DNA of 64,000 nt, taken from IMG/VR virus record IMGVR_UViG_3300023180_006024; one strand, written 5' to 3'. Source of the DNA: a virus. The notes under the pieces were generated by a model. It was not told where the DNA came from. It did no database searches and saw only the letters and a list, made by a program, of their open reading frames with translations. Below, one piece after another: positions 36,901 to 45,393 of the stretch (its first letter is position 1; each line of letters starts with the position of its first letter). Made by a program: the position numbers and the translations under genes.

Positions 36901-39900
36901 ATGTTGACACTGATTTAAAAGTGACAAGATTAGAAGTTGATAACGATAAGTTACAAGGCGTTCCTGGATATACAATAACTGTAGATACATATAACCATAA
37001 CATCAAAAAAGACGATGTGATTGGTGTATATGCAAGTGTACAAGAAGGCAGAGGCTTCTTTAAAGTAATAAATGTTGAAGGCAAATCGTTTACAGTTCAA
37101 ACGGAAAAAGATGTTGATGTAGAACAGTTCAACGATAGTAGTATTCCTGGTATTTCGAGATTTATTGCAAAAAGATATGCAGATGTTGATACCTGGAATA
37201 CAGAGGCAAAAAACAAAAAAACTTATTGGCAGGATAAAGTTTGGTTAGATGCAGACGGCAACGGTGATTGGTCTGTTTACCAGCATAACAAATCTTGGAG
37301 TTTACAAGAAGAAACAAACAATGAATATGAAACTGATGTAAACTTTTTAACATCTTTTGCAAGTAATGCAACAAATACACATCTTGCAGTAGGAACTTCA
37401 CTATATCAAAATCCAAGCAGTCTTGGTGCTGTAAAGATTTGGAATAGAACAAATGAATCATTTACAAAAACAGACATTTATGATTTAACACCAGATGTAG
37501 ATTATCATGATGACAATAGTGGATTTGGTTCTAGTATTGCAATAAGTGATGATGCAAAGTATATTGCAGTTGGTGCACCAACAGCCTCAAATGTTAAAAC
37601 AAAGTTTGTAGGCGACCTTTATAGTTTAGACAGTGCAAATATTTTCTTTAATGACATTGTTGCAGACAGAGGGGTGCTGTGGAAAGCCAAAAAAAACATT
37701 AACGATATTGACTACAAAGTTGGACAAGATGGAAGTACTATTAACAGTTTAAGTCAAGACTTCGAACCTGCTTACATGATACCTGCAGACGCAGACGGAT
37801 TAGCAAGTGGATTAAATAGTCAAGGTTGTGTTTATATTTTTAAAAGAAGCGATTTACAATACTATGTTTTAGATCAAATAATCACAAGTCCAAACCCAGT
37901 TTCTGAAGAAGAGTTTGGATACAGTGTGCAGTTTAGAAACAATCCAGATACAGGATTAAAACTGTTTATTGGTGCACCAGGTGCAGACGCAGGAAAGATT
38001 TACTTTGTAGGATATGATGATATAAATGGATGGCAGTATACAACCAACAGAGACTACAAAGGCGAGTATAGTGCAACGTATGCATACAACAAAGATGATA
38101 TAGCATTATATGATTACAAGTTTTATAAAGCATTAGATAACTTGACACCTGGACAAGCAGATCCAACGGATGCAACCAAGTGGGAAGAGCTAAGTGAAAA
38201 TGCAACTTATACAGAGCATACCGGGTATGTACCTAACTATGCAGAAAGTTTAAATGCAGCAAGTCAAGGTATATTTAATGCAGGTTCTCGTATAGGCGAA
38301 AAGTTTGATGTTAACAAACATGGTGATGTATTAGTATTTGCTGCTGTAAACACTGATAATACACCTGAAAGAAAAGTAGGAATATATGCAGCACCTAATC
38401 GACGTTGGCAATATATTCAAACAATAGAAATAGAAGACAGTACAAGTTTTGGAAAAAATATTGCTATTAATGATAACGGTGATAAAGTTGCTGTTAGTGC
38501 AATGCAATATGATGGTTCTACGACTGATACCGGTGCTGTCTATGTTTTCAAAAAAACAGGCACTGGTTTGCAGGCATTTGCACTCGATCAACTTGTAGAA
38601 AATCCGTATTCGGGTAAAGACAAGCTATTTGGTCAAAACATGAAATTTAGCGGAAACAAACTAGCTGTTTCTGGTAAAAATATTGACAACAGATATCAAA
38701 CTATTTTTGATAATGACACAACTATTTTTGATGCAGGAAATACTGCTTTTGGATATTTAGAAGACAGCACCGGAGGCATAGTTGTATTTGAAGAAATAGC
38801 AAACAAGTTTGTGTATTCTGAAACTCTTGAATATTTAAGAGAAACTAGCAACTTTAACTTTGATTATTTTGACTTTGTAGATAATCATATTTACGTTGCA
38901 TTTGAAAATATGGTTCCTGCACTAGAAGGCGAAAGAATTGATACAGATACATATCCCGAATACTTAGATAGTACAAATGTAAACAAAGGTGTTATCGCTG
39001 ATTTTAGAATCGCAAAAAACACAAACACATGGAATACACTAGTACAGCAAAGTGAAAAGATTGATATTTCAAATATTAATCGTGTGTTTATATACGATAA
39101 GAAAACCAAAGATATTATAACTAACTTAGATTTTGTGGATCCTCGTTTAGGAAAAATACCTGGACCTGCAGAGCAAGAAATTTATTATAAAACTTTCTAT
39201 GACCCAGCAGTCTACACAACTAGTGATAATGTCAGCACAATCGTTGACAGTGGTATTAACTGGACAGATGAACAGGTAGGTAGATTATGGTGGAATGTAA
39301 GTAAAGCATCGTGGTATAATCCTTACCAAGATTCGAACACATACAGGACTGCTTATTTCAATAAGTTATTACCAAGCTCTGAAGTAGAAGTTTGTGAATG
39401 GGTAGGAACAACATTAACACCAAGTGAATGGAACGAGATTGCCAACACTGCTCAAGGGTTTGCAAAAGGTATAACTGGGACTACACTTTATGATGACAAC
39501 ACATTTAGCAGTAAGCCTGTTTTTGATGAAGTTAAACAATCATTTACAAACTACTATTACTACTGGGTAAAAAATACTTTGACTGTTCCGGAAAATGGAA
39601 TAAGAAAACTAAGTGCAGACGATGTTGCAAAAGTTATTAGTGCGCCACAGGACTATGGTTATAGATTTATTACACCACTGAGCACTTCTAGTTTTGCACT
39701 GTACAACGTTGCATCTTTTGTAAATGGCAAAGATTCCATTTTGCATATTAGCTTTACTAAAGATCAAGATAATAAAAATAATATTCATTACGAATATCAG
39801 TTGTTAAGCGAAGGATTTGCTACAACTAAACTAGATTCGGAAATAGAACGAAAGTGGGTTGATAGTTTAGTAGGATATGACGAAAATGTTAGACCTGTAC

Positions 39901-42900
39901 CAGATCCAAGTGTTCCTAGTGTACAACAAATAGGAGTTTTAAACTTCCCTAGACAAAGCATGTTTATTAATAGACTTGAAGCTGTAAAACAGTTTGTTGA
40001 AAGAGTGAACAGCGTGTTTATTCAAAATCCTATTGTTGATAACTTTGTGATCGATAAACTTTTAGAAAAAGACGAAGTACCACTTGCAAGTTCAGGGCAG
40101 TTTGATACAACTGCTGATTCTACAAGTTTATTAAGATTTGTTGAAGTTGCTAAAGTTGTAAGTGCAGAGATTGAGCCTGTTATTGACAACGGTAGAATAA
40201 CTGGAGCAAACATTATTAATCCTGGCAGAGGATATAAAAATGCACCTGTTATAAAAATAAACAGCGACACAGGATATAATGCAAGTATTAAAACAGTTAT
40301 TGATAGTGTTGGTAAAGTTGTAGATGTTACTATTTTAGCCCAAGGGTTTGATTACGGAGCAGATACAAATTTTGTGGTTAGAGATTTTTCTGTATTGATA
40401 GAAAATGATGAAACAATCGGCGGAAGATGGGCTATTTACAGCTATCAAAACAAAGAGTGGATTAGAACAAATAACCAAAACTTTGATACTACAAAATACT
40501 GGGATTATGCAGATTGGTATGCATCCGGGTACGATTCGAATACAGCTATAAACCATATTGCAAGTTATACATATAACTTGTTTGGCTTATCAACAAATAT
40601 TGGTGATATTGTTAAAATAGAAAATGTAGGTTCTGGAGGCTGGTTATTATTGAAAAAAATAGATGACCAGTTAGTAGAAGACTACACTGTAAACTATGAA
40701 ACTATCGGACGTGAAAACGGAACAATACTTTTGAGCACAAGATTATATGATTATAGTTTCAAAACCAGTGGATATGATGCAAATATTTACGATAGTGGTT
40801 TCTATGATAGAGAACCTGTACAAGAACTACGTAACATTCTGTCTGCTTTAAAAGAAGATATTTTTGTTGCAAACTTATATAATGAATACAATAAATGTTT
40901 CTTTGCATCATTGAGATATGTATTTGCAGAACAGTCGAATGTTGATTGGGCATTTAAAACAAGTTTTGTAAAAGCCAAGCACAATGTGTCAGGGTTAGAT
41001 CAAAAACTAAGTTATCAAAATGATAACCTTGAAAGTTATCAAGATTATGTTAACGAAGTAAAACCATACAAAACAAAAATAAGAGAGTATGTTAGTGCAT
41101 ATGAAAAGGTTGATCCAACTGGTTCACTAGTAACTGACTTTGATTTACCACCAAATCACAACGAAGTAACAAAAGAAATACAAACCAGTGATGCTGTAAT
41201 GCGAAATAATAGCATTGAAAATATTGATAACAAGTACCAATCATATCCTTACAAGAGTTGGATTGATAATAATCAATATGATGTGATTAGTATTGAAGTT
41301 GCAAATGGCGGTAGTGGTTATTTGTCAACACCAAAAGTTATAGTTAGTGGAGATAATGGTACAACAGCCGAAGCCTTCTTGTCAAGAGGAAGTGTAAAAG
41401 AAATACAGATTACAAACAAAGGCGGAAAATATTATACTGCACCAACAGTTACTATAGAAGGTAATCTAGCAGATGACGGCGTTGCAGCAACAGCAAGTGC
41501 TATATTAGGCAATCCTAATGTACGTAGTACTCATATGGTTATGAAGTTTGATAGGGTATCTGGAAAAACTTATATTGCTGATATAGACACCACTGAAACA
41601 TTTACAGGTACAGGTGCAAAAAACAAGTTTACTCTAGAATGGCCTATGAATGTTAACAATGAAACATTTGAAGTATTTGTTGATGATAAAAAACTATTAT
41701 CAAGTGAATTTACATATGGAAATGATGTAAACAGTGATAAAAGTTATAAAAGAAAACAAGGATATATCAATATTCTAAACGCTCCTAGTATAGATGCAGC
41801 AGTTGTAATCAAATACAAAAAAGATATTTCTATGTTAAGTGCGGCAGATAGAATTACACAATATTATTCACCAACAACAGGTATGCTAGGAAAAGACTTA
41901 GCACAGTTAATGACTGGTGTTGAATATGATGGTGCAATATATGACAGCATTGACTTTGGTACCGATGCTGGTTTTGATATTGGTGGATTTGCAGGCACAG
42001 GATTTGACACATTTGTAAACACATTTGAAGATGAAATATTTGAAATAACATCTGACAGTACTTTTGAAGAAACCTTTGTGTTATCTAAGCCTTTGGAGAC
42101 TGGTTATCAGTACAATGTTTTTGTAAAAGTAGCAGGTGAAACACAGTCGGATGATTGGAAGATATATAGACTAGATGATCCAGCATATGATGGCAGTACT
42201 GTTGCAGACAACGAATATGCTCAAATGTTGACATTGGAAGGTGACGATAGCACAGCAAGTGTAACAGTTGACTTAACAGATATTAGCACTGCACCAGGTG
42301 ATAAAGTTATTGTCAGCAAAAGCACAAGTGATGGCAGCTTTACACCTGTTGCTACAACATATGATACTGCACTTAGCGGCGGAGATTTGTCGTATACTAC
42401 TGCAACTGGAATCGAAGCAGGCGATATTACAGTCGACGGCGACGGGTTCTATACACAAAATACTGCAAAAGGTCCTGAAGAAATGGTGCCTGGAAAAGTT
42501 CTTGACACACTTGACATACAGGTATACACTAGAGCCAGTGATGGTGTTGCAAATATTGCTGTCGCTACATATAAAATACAAAACGACAGCACTGACGAAT
42601 ACAAACTACCTGGATTGCCGCAATCAAATGATGGTGTTATTGTTAAACTAGATGATGTAATATTACCAAGTGAAAGGTATTCGATTGATTGGAACAATAA
42701 TGTTTTATTATTTGATGATAGTACGAGCAACGTAGGAGAGACGCTTGCAATCATCACTTACGGAACGAATGGTACAGGATTAATAGATACAGCAACTACA
42801 ATATTTGATGGTAGTACAACAGGTATTGTTACTTCTGTATCGTGGGATAATGATCGCGGTGCACTAGTTACAGTAAATGGTGTAGTTCAAGTTGAAAACG

Positions 42901-44756
42901 ATGCGTACAATCTTATTGAAAGTGATAATCGTGTAAAAATACAGTTTGAACCAGAAGTGTTAACAGAAGGCGATCATATTCAGTACACAATTTACAACAG
43001 TAAATCTCAAACCTATAGTCAGATTGTTATTGATAATACTTTTGAATCTGATGGAGAAAATGATTATCACAAGTTTACAGGAGATATTCCTGTACCATTT
43101 AATGCACAGCCATTCTCTCATAGATTACTTGTAAAATCAAATAACAAAATTTTAAACCCAGGTTATAGTGTTAATATTAAAATCACTGATGCACGTTCGT
43201 ATAGCTTAGATGCTTGGAACTTTGCAGACACCACTGCTATTGAGCAACAAGACGTATTGGTTTTTGAAGGAATGACTCAACTTGCTGATGATGCATGGAG
43301 TTATGATCCAGTAAACTGTAAGATTGATTTGTTAAGAACTGACGTTGCACTAGAAGGATCGACAATCAGTGTATTTGTTATTAAAGAAGCAGAATATTTC
43401 TTTGTAGATACTGAAGTACAGTTTGAAAGCATAGACAGTAGTGTTTTAGACATGACCGAGTTTGTAGAGACAGGCGATACATTAACTCTGCTTGCAGCAG
43501 ACAGCACTGAATACACCGGACTTGTTGAAAAGATAGTGGATAACTGTATTACTTTAAGATCGATACAAAAAGATATTAAAGATGCATTCCAAACCGATAA
43601 CGAGTTTATTGTAAGTGTAGCTGGAGAAGACAGTACTCAAGTAATGGTTTCAGGTGTTGAATACATACTAAGTGATAACTTGTCATTTGCTACACCACCA
43701 AGTAGCGGTGAAGAAATAGAAATATATCAGTTTAGTAATCACGATGTCAATAACTTTAATAGATATACATACAATGTGACCTCAACTACTGTGAATGCAG
43801 CAAGCGACACATACATAAGAAGAAACTTGCTAAGTGCAGGAGTTGTTCAGTTAACAGATCCTATTATTGGTACACCTTATGCATGGGTAATCAAAAATGG
43901 AACGTTGTTAACACCTGGTGTTGACTATATTGTTAATGACGATTATAAAGCAGTAAGATTAAAAGATATACCTAACGAAGACGATGTCATTGACATTTTA
44001 CAGTTTGGTGCACAGCCTGTTCATCCGAAGTTTGGATTTAGAATATTTAGAGACATGTTGGGTAGAACTCATTATAAACGTTTGAATGAAGGCAATAGTT
44101 ACATTCTACAAAGTCCTTTAAACTATTATGATAACACAATATATCTAGAAAGTGTTGAAGGACTTTATAAACCAAACAGAACTAAAAACTTACCTGGTGT
44201 GTTGTTTATACAAGGTGAACGCATTGAATACTTTGAAATAAAAAATAACACTGTTACACAACTGCGTAGAGGAACACTAGGCACTGGTGTGAAAGATGTG
44301 TACGAAGAAGGCACCAAGTTGTATGGACAAGCATCAAATGAAACTATCGATTATCAAGATACAACAACAATACAAACTATAAAAGCAGTAGCAGTAGATA
44401 GCACTCAGTTTGTGTTAAATCGAATAGTTTCAAATATTAATGAAATAGATGTTTATGTAGCAGGCAGAAAACTTATAAAAAACCAGATATCAGTGTTTAA
44501 TCCAACATTAGCACTAGATAGTAGTGAAGGTGATACAACAGTTGAAGCTGAGTTTAGTTTAGAAACTAGAATAAGCAGTGATGGAAGTACACAAGAAACT
44601 GTGCTACTATTAAGAGACGAACCAGTAGAAGGAACAGAAATAAAAATCGTAAGTCAAACCGGAAAAGTTTGGAACGATACAGGAAAGAGTTTAGGAGATT
44701 CGGACAATCCAATATCTAAATTCTTGCGTAGAGCAACTATTAGCTTACCTAAATAA
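30981..44756 (+). CDS. Giant virion/baseplate protein (4591 aa)
   Basis: Continuous ORF coupled to gp6 (TAATG). Contains FG-GAP-like propeller blades (FGSSIAISDDAKYIAVGAP), WTPNTDYTVGDLV-type modules and GSGYLSTPKV repeats. Confidence 0.85.
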   Translation: MAYEKNQNESPIPTDENFTRTASEFLPKYFRTDTNKKFLQSSIDQMISSGTLEKLNSFAGRRYARATKVDDAFYPDVTETRENYQFETSTVIKDTLDNVTFFGDYIDYLGALKYYGVDTTNHNILNKQQSYSLDSHIDWDKFTNFREYYWLPLGPKRITVVGQSKSVQSTYKITTSNQDDNTTYVFTPNGFTNNPTITLYKEQTYRFEINAPGHGFAFTYNRNVEDLNPTNEIEQNNLSRIYTKGIKKFVYDSEGKLAETDLDYIENGVIEWTVPVDVPEDLYYISETDINTSGIVLSKDITENSEINVEEEILGKKTYTTSNGIKLSNGMKVRFAGSVTPEQYADGEWFIEGVGDSIRIINQQDLEVPAVFTDEIEVPFDTFNFDDVPFENADSYPAVQDYIVINRGSADRNPWSRYNRWFHRDVIIASAEANNADPELDEVSRGKRPIIEFDAGLKLWNHGNKTKQNINLVDTFTTDVFSTIEGSLGYSIDGVEVTNGMRVMFTADPDSFVNGKIYIVNFIEHNGRTQISLVPSTDSDPAEGDTVLVTGGTEYKGKMFFYDGDKWNLSQEKTKVNQAPLFDLFDKNETNLNDTVYYPTSSFRGNKVFSYAQGTGANDSILGFPLKYRNINNIGDIVFDFNLLSETISYQDELQNDFTVNSDVLFLKKYNYTGDTFEYKNAWTKSSAQTIQPVILQYNNMLNNFPIDCFNNAGNLDDLFIKLFVNGTKRNDYTITKRNGLAFVTLDTDLESAELVVVKCYSNAPKNNNGVYEIPLNYERNPLNENITTFTLGEVNDHVKTITDFHPEFAGDALGVNNLRDLGPLSPYGRLLMQHEGPLNLPLFHLVSKQYNAVKGLDVARKSYNTFIRSFLREAEKNAFSGSVKEHVDFILQEINKDKSPTQNFYTSDMVPFGGYTVEQHDIDFNGPTYIALKKTFTLDSLSNKAVLVYRNDVQLVHNKDYTFSDGFVYISIDLVQNDVIKIFEYENTNGSFVAPTPVKLGLLPAYEPEKYIDNTYLESKTVIQGHDGSITVGYDDYRDDLLLELEKRIYNNIKVKYDADILNVYDFIPGYDRTTNFSKNDIDALMLGGFSEWLSFANNFDYTKNNTIEGNGFTYNYSSTNDFADKTLKGSWRNVYKTYYDTDRPHTHPWEMLGFTVKPTWWNEVYGPAPYTGDNFVLWQDLEKGIVREPNKPIVVKDKFKRTNLTKHIPTDQYGRLLDPTASGLAKGTLLKTVKNPFVYGDQSPAETAWRRSSDFRFSLLRAWMLLSPAKVFGLGFDRSRITKDIVGNIVWSDTQKRVKLQDIVVPMIKSDMQYLTAGIINYVTANISTRIDTKLSDYKDELAKIKNQLSIRLGGFADKDKIKLVLDSRSPLNKTSVFVPDENYKIFLNKSSVQDIPSISGMIIEQLKNADGESTGFTIRGYDIENPVFNYYPHIPQFNDPGITVGGISESYVNWGTDQLYTKGTVVFYSGRYYRASITHTSGNSFDNENFVGLSKLPEVGGIGAQIRKVFDYSNPQKIYYGAYFSSVQEVVDFMCGYEAYLKQQGFIFNNVSDAGVLEDMTLCIKEFLFFNTQNWDQGAVISTSPVANKLTFFRDYFGVDDIYEPFYNYNLLGGNGQKIEPAFVNLFRDNTDFNVQSLGEGVYLAKLPLIQTEHVILIDNETVFNDVIYDTIPGYKQERIKVVGYRTDFWDGTLNVPGFFYDEAKVVEWTPNTDYTVGDLVKFKQFYYSNVTGHTSGETFDSSQWTLLSSRPQDQLFPNWDYKAKQFADFYDLDTDNFDAEQQRLGQHLIGYQKRDYLNNIITDATSQYKFYQGFIQDKGTKNALTKLFDPLSSANADSIEFFEEWALRLGQYGAIDNIEEVEYVLDDKKFKTEPQIVELVQNKTPARTDLTFEIADFEVYAKPLGYNHKPFTVRNDNEIYTRDAGYVRDKDVDYSVASYDDLAKLDIESVKIGDNIWVQKIKQSWTVLQNVDTDLKVTRLEVDNDKLQGVPGYTITVDTYNHNIKKDDVIGVYASVQEGRGFFKVINVEGKSFTVQTEKDVDVEQFNDSSIPGISRFIAKRYADVDTWNTEAKNKKTYWQDKVWLDADGNGDWSVYQHNKSWSLQEETNNEYETDVNFLTSFASNATNTHLAVGTSLYQNPSSLGAVKIWNRTNESFTKTDIYDLTPDVDYHDDNSGFGSSIAISDDAKYIAVGAPTASNVKTKFVGDLYSLDSANIFFNDIVADRGVLWKAKKNINDIDYKVGQDGSTINSLSQDFEPAYMIPADADGLASGLNSQGCVYIFKRSDLQYYVLDQIITSPNPVSEEEFGYSVQFRNNPDTGLKLFIGAPGADAGKIYFVGYDDINGWQYTTNRDYKGEYSATYAYNKDDIALYDYKFYKALDNLTPGQADPTDATKWEELSENATYTEHTGYVPNYAESLNAASQGIFNAGSRIGEKFDVNKHGDVLVFAAVNTDNTPERKVGIYAAPNRRWQYIQTIEIEDSTSFGKNIAINDNGDKVAVSAMQYDGSTTDTGAVYVFKKTGTGLQAFALDQLVENPYSGKDKLFGQNMKFSGNKLAVSGKNIDNRYQTIFDNDTTIFDAGNTAFGYLEDSTGGIVVFEEIANKFVYSETLEYLRETSNFNFDYFDFVDNHIYVAFENMVPALEGERIDTDTYPEYLDSTNVNKGVIADFRIAKNTNTWNTLVQQSEKIDISNINRVFIYDKKTKDIITNLDFVDPRLGKIPGPAEQEIYYKTFYDPAVYTTSDNVSTIVDSGINWTDEQVGRLWWNVSKASWYNPYQDSNTYRTAYFNKLLPSSEVEVCEWVGTTLTPSEWNEIANTAQGFAKGITGTTLYDDNTFSSKPVFDEVKQSFTNYYYYWVKNTLTVPENGIRKLSADDVAKVISAPQDYGYRFITPLSTSSFALYNVASFVNGKDSILHISFTKDQDNKNNIHYEYQLLSEGFATTKLDSEIERKWVDSLVGYDENVRPVPDPSVPSVQQIGVLNFPRQSMFINRLEAVKQFVERVNSVFIQNPIVDNFVIDKLLEKDEVPLASSGQFDTTADSTSLLRFVEVAKVVSAEIEPVIDNGRITGANIINPGRGYKNAPVIKINSDTGYNASIKTVIDSVGKVVDVTILAQGFDYGADTNFVVRDFSVLIENDETIGGRWAIYSYQNKEWIRTNNQNFDTTKYWDYADWYASGYDSNTAINHIASYTYNLFGLSTNIGDIVKIENVGSGGWLLLKKIDDQLVEDYTVNYETIGRENGTILLSTRLYDYSFKTSGYDANIYDSGFYDREPVQELRNILSALKEDIFVANLYNEYNKCFFASLRYVFAEQSNVDWAFKTSFVKAKHNVSGLDQKLSYQNDNLESYQDYVNEVKPYKTKIREYVSAYEKVDPTGSLVTDFDLPPNHNEVTKEIQTSDAVMRNNSIENIDNKYQSYPYKSWIDNNQYDVISIEVANGGSGYLSTPKVIVSGDNGTTAEAFLSRGSVKEIQITNKGGKYYTAPTVTIEGNLADDGVAATASAILGNPNVRSTHMVMKFDRVSGKTYIADIDTTETFTGTGAKNKFTLEWPMNVNNETFEVFVDDKKLLSSEFTYGNDVNSDKSYKRKQGYINILNAPSIDAAVVIKYKKDISMLSAADRITQYYSPTTGMLGKDLAQLMTGVEYDGAIYDSIDFGTDAGFDIGGFAGTGFDTFVNTFEDEIFEITSDSTFEETFVLSKPLETGYQYNVFVKVAGETQSDDWKIYRLDDPAYDGSTVADNEYAQMLTLEGDDSTASVTVDLTDISTAPGDKVIVSKSTSDGSFTPVATTYDTALSGGDLSYTTATGIEAGDITVDGDGFYTQNTAKGPEEMVPGKVLDTLDIQVYTRASDGVANIAVATYKIQNDSTDEYKLPGLPQSNDGVIVKLDDVILPSERYSIDWNNNVLLFDDSTSNVGETLAIITYGTNGTGLIDTATTIFDGSTTGIVTSVSWDNDRGALVTVNGVVQVENDAYNLIESDNRVKIQFEPEVLTEGDHIQYTIYNSKSQTYSQIVIDNTFESDGENDYHKFTGDIPVPFNAQPFSHRLLVKSNNKILNPGYSVNIKITDARSYSLDAWNFADTTAIEQQDVLVFEGMTQLADDAWSYDPVNCKIDLLRTDVALEGSTISVFVIKEAEYFFVDTEVQFESIDSSVLDMTEFVETGDTLTLLAADSTEYTGLVEKIVDNCITLRSIQKDIKDAFQTDNEFIVSVAGEDSTQVMVSGVEYILSDNLSFATPPSSGEEIEIYQFSNHDVNNFNRYTYNVTSTTVNAASDTYIRRNLLSAGVVQLTDPIIGTPYAWVIKNGTLLTPGVDYIVNDDYKAVRLKDIPNEDDVIDILQFGAQPVHPKFGFRIFRDMLGRTHYKRLNEGNSYILQSPLNYYDNTIYLESVEGLYKPNRTKNLPGVLFIQGERIEYFEIKNNTVTQLRRGTLGTGVKDVYEEGTKLYGQASNETIDYQDTTTIQTIKAVAVDSTQFVLNRIVSNINEIDVYVAGRKLIKNQISVFNPTLALDSSEGDTTVEAEFSLETRISSDGSTQETVLLLRDEPVEGTEIKIVSQTGKVWNDTGKSLGDSDNPISKFLRRATISLPK

Positions 44757-44778
44757 ATACAGTATAAGGTACAAACAG

Positions 44779-45390
44779 ATGAATGATTTAAAAGATATTA
44801 ACGGCATACATGTTGAAGGACACATAAAAATACATGATCCAGAATCAGGCGATGTATATGTGAATAAAAGAAATGCTATTCACTACGAAAACATGAGTAT
44901 AGCCTTAGCAGAAAGTCTAGCCAATCAAGGACAAGGCTTTATCAATAGTATGAGTTTTGGCAATGGCGGTACTAGTGTTGATCCAACAGGTATTATTACA
45001 TATCTAACTCCTAATAGCACCGGAACAAATGCAACTTTATATAATCAAACATTTGACAAAGTTGTTGATGATAGAAGTGTAAACAATGTTGATCCAACTA
45101 GAAACAAAACCGAAATAAGACATGTTAGCGGAACCAACTATACTGATATTTTAGTCACATGTCTTTTAGATTATGGTGAGCCAGAAGGACAGGACGCATT
45201 TGATACATCAGCAAATCAAGATGGTATATATGTGTTTGACGAGTTAGGATTAAAAAGTTATAGCTCTAGTGGCACAGGCAGATTGATTACTCATGTCATC
45301 TTCCACCCAGTACAAAAAAGTTTAAACAGACTGATACAAATCGATTATACTGTGCGTGTACAAAGTTTGAGTGGATTTAACGAGGGGTAA
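44779..45390 (+). CDS. Baseplate/tail structural protein (203 aa)
   Basis: ATAAATA upstream. Motifs FGNGG, FDELGL and THVIFHPVQKS. Confidence 0.65.
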   Translation: MNDLKDINGIHVEGHIKIHDPESGDVYVNKRNAIHYENMSIALAESLANQGQGFINSMSFGNGGTSVDPTGIITYLTPNSTGTNATLYNQTFDKVVDDRSVNNVDPTRNKTEIRHVSGTNYTDILVTCLLDYGEPEGQDAFDTSANQDGIYVFDELGLKSYSSSGTGRLITHVIFHPVQKSLNRLIQIDYTVRVQSLSGFNEG

Positions 45391-45393
45391 AAA

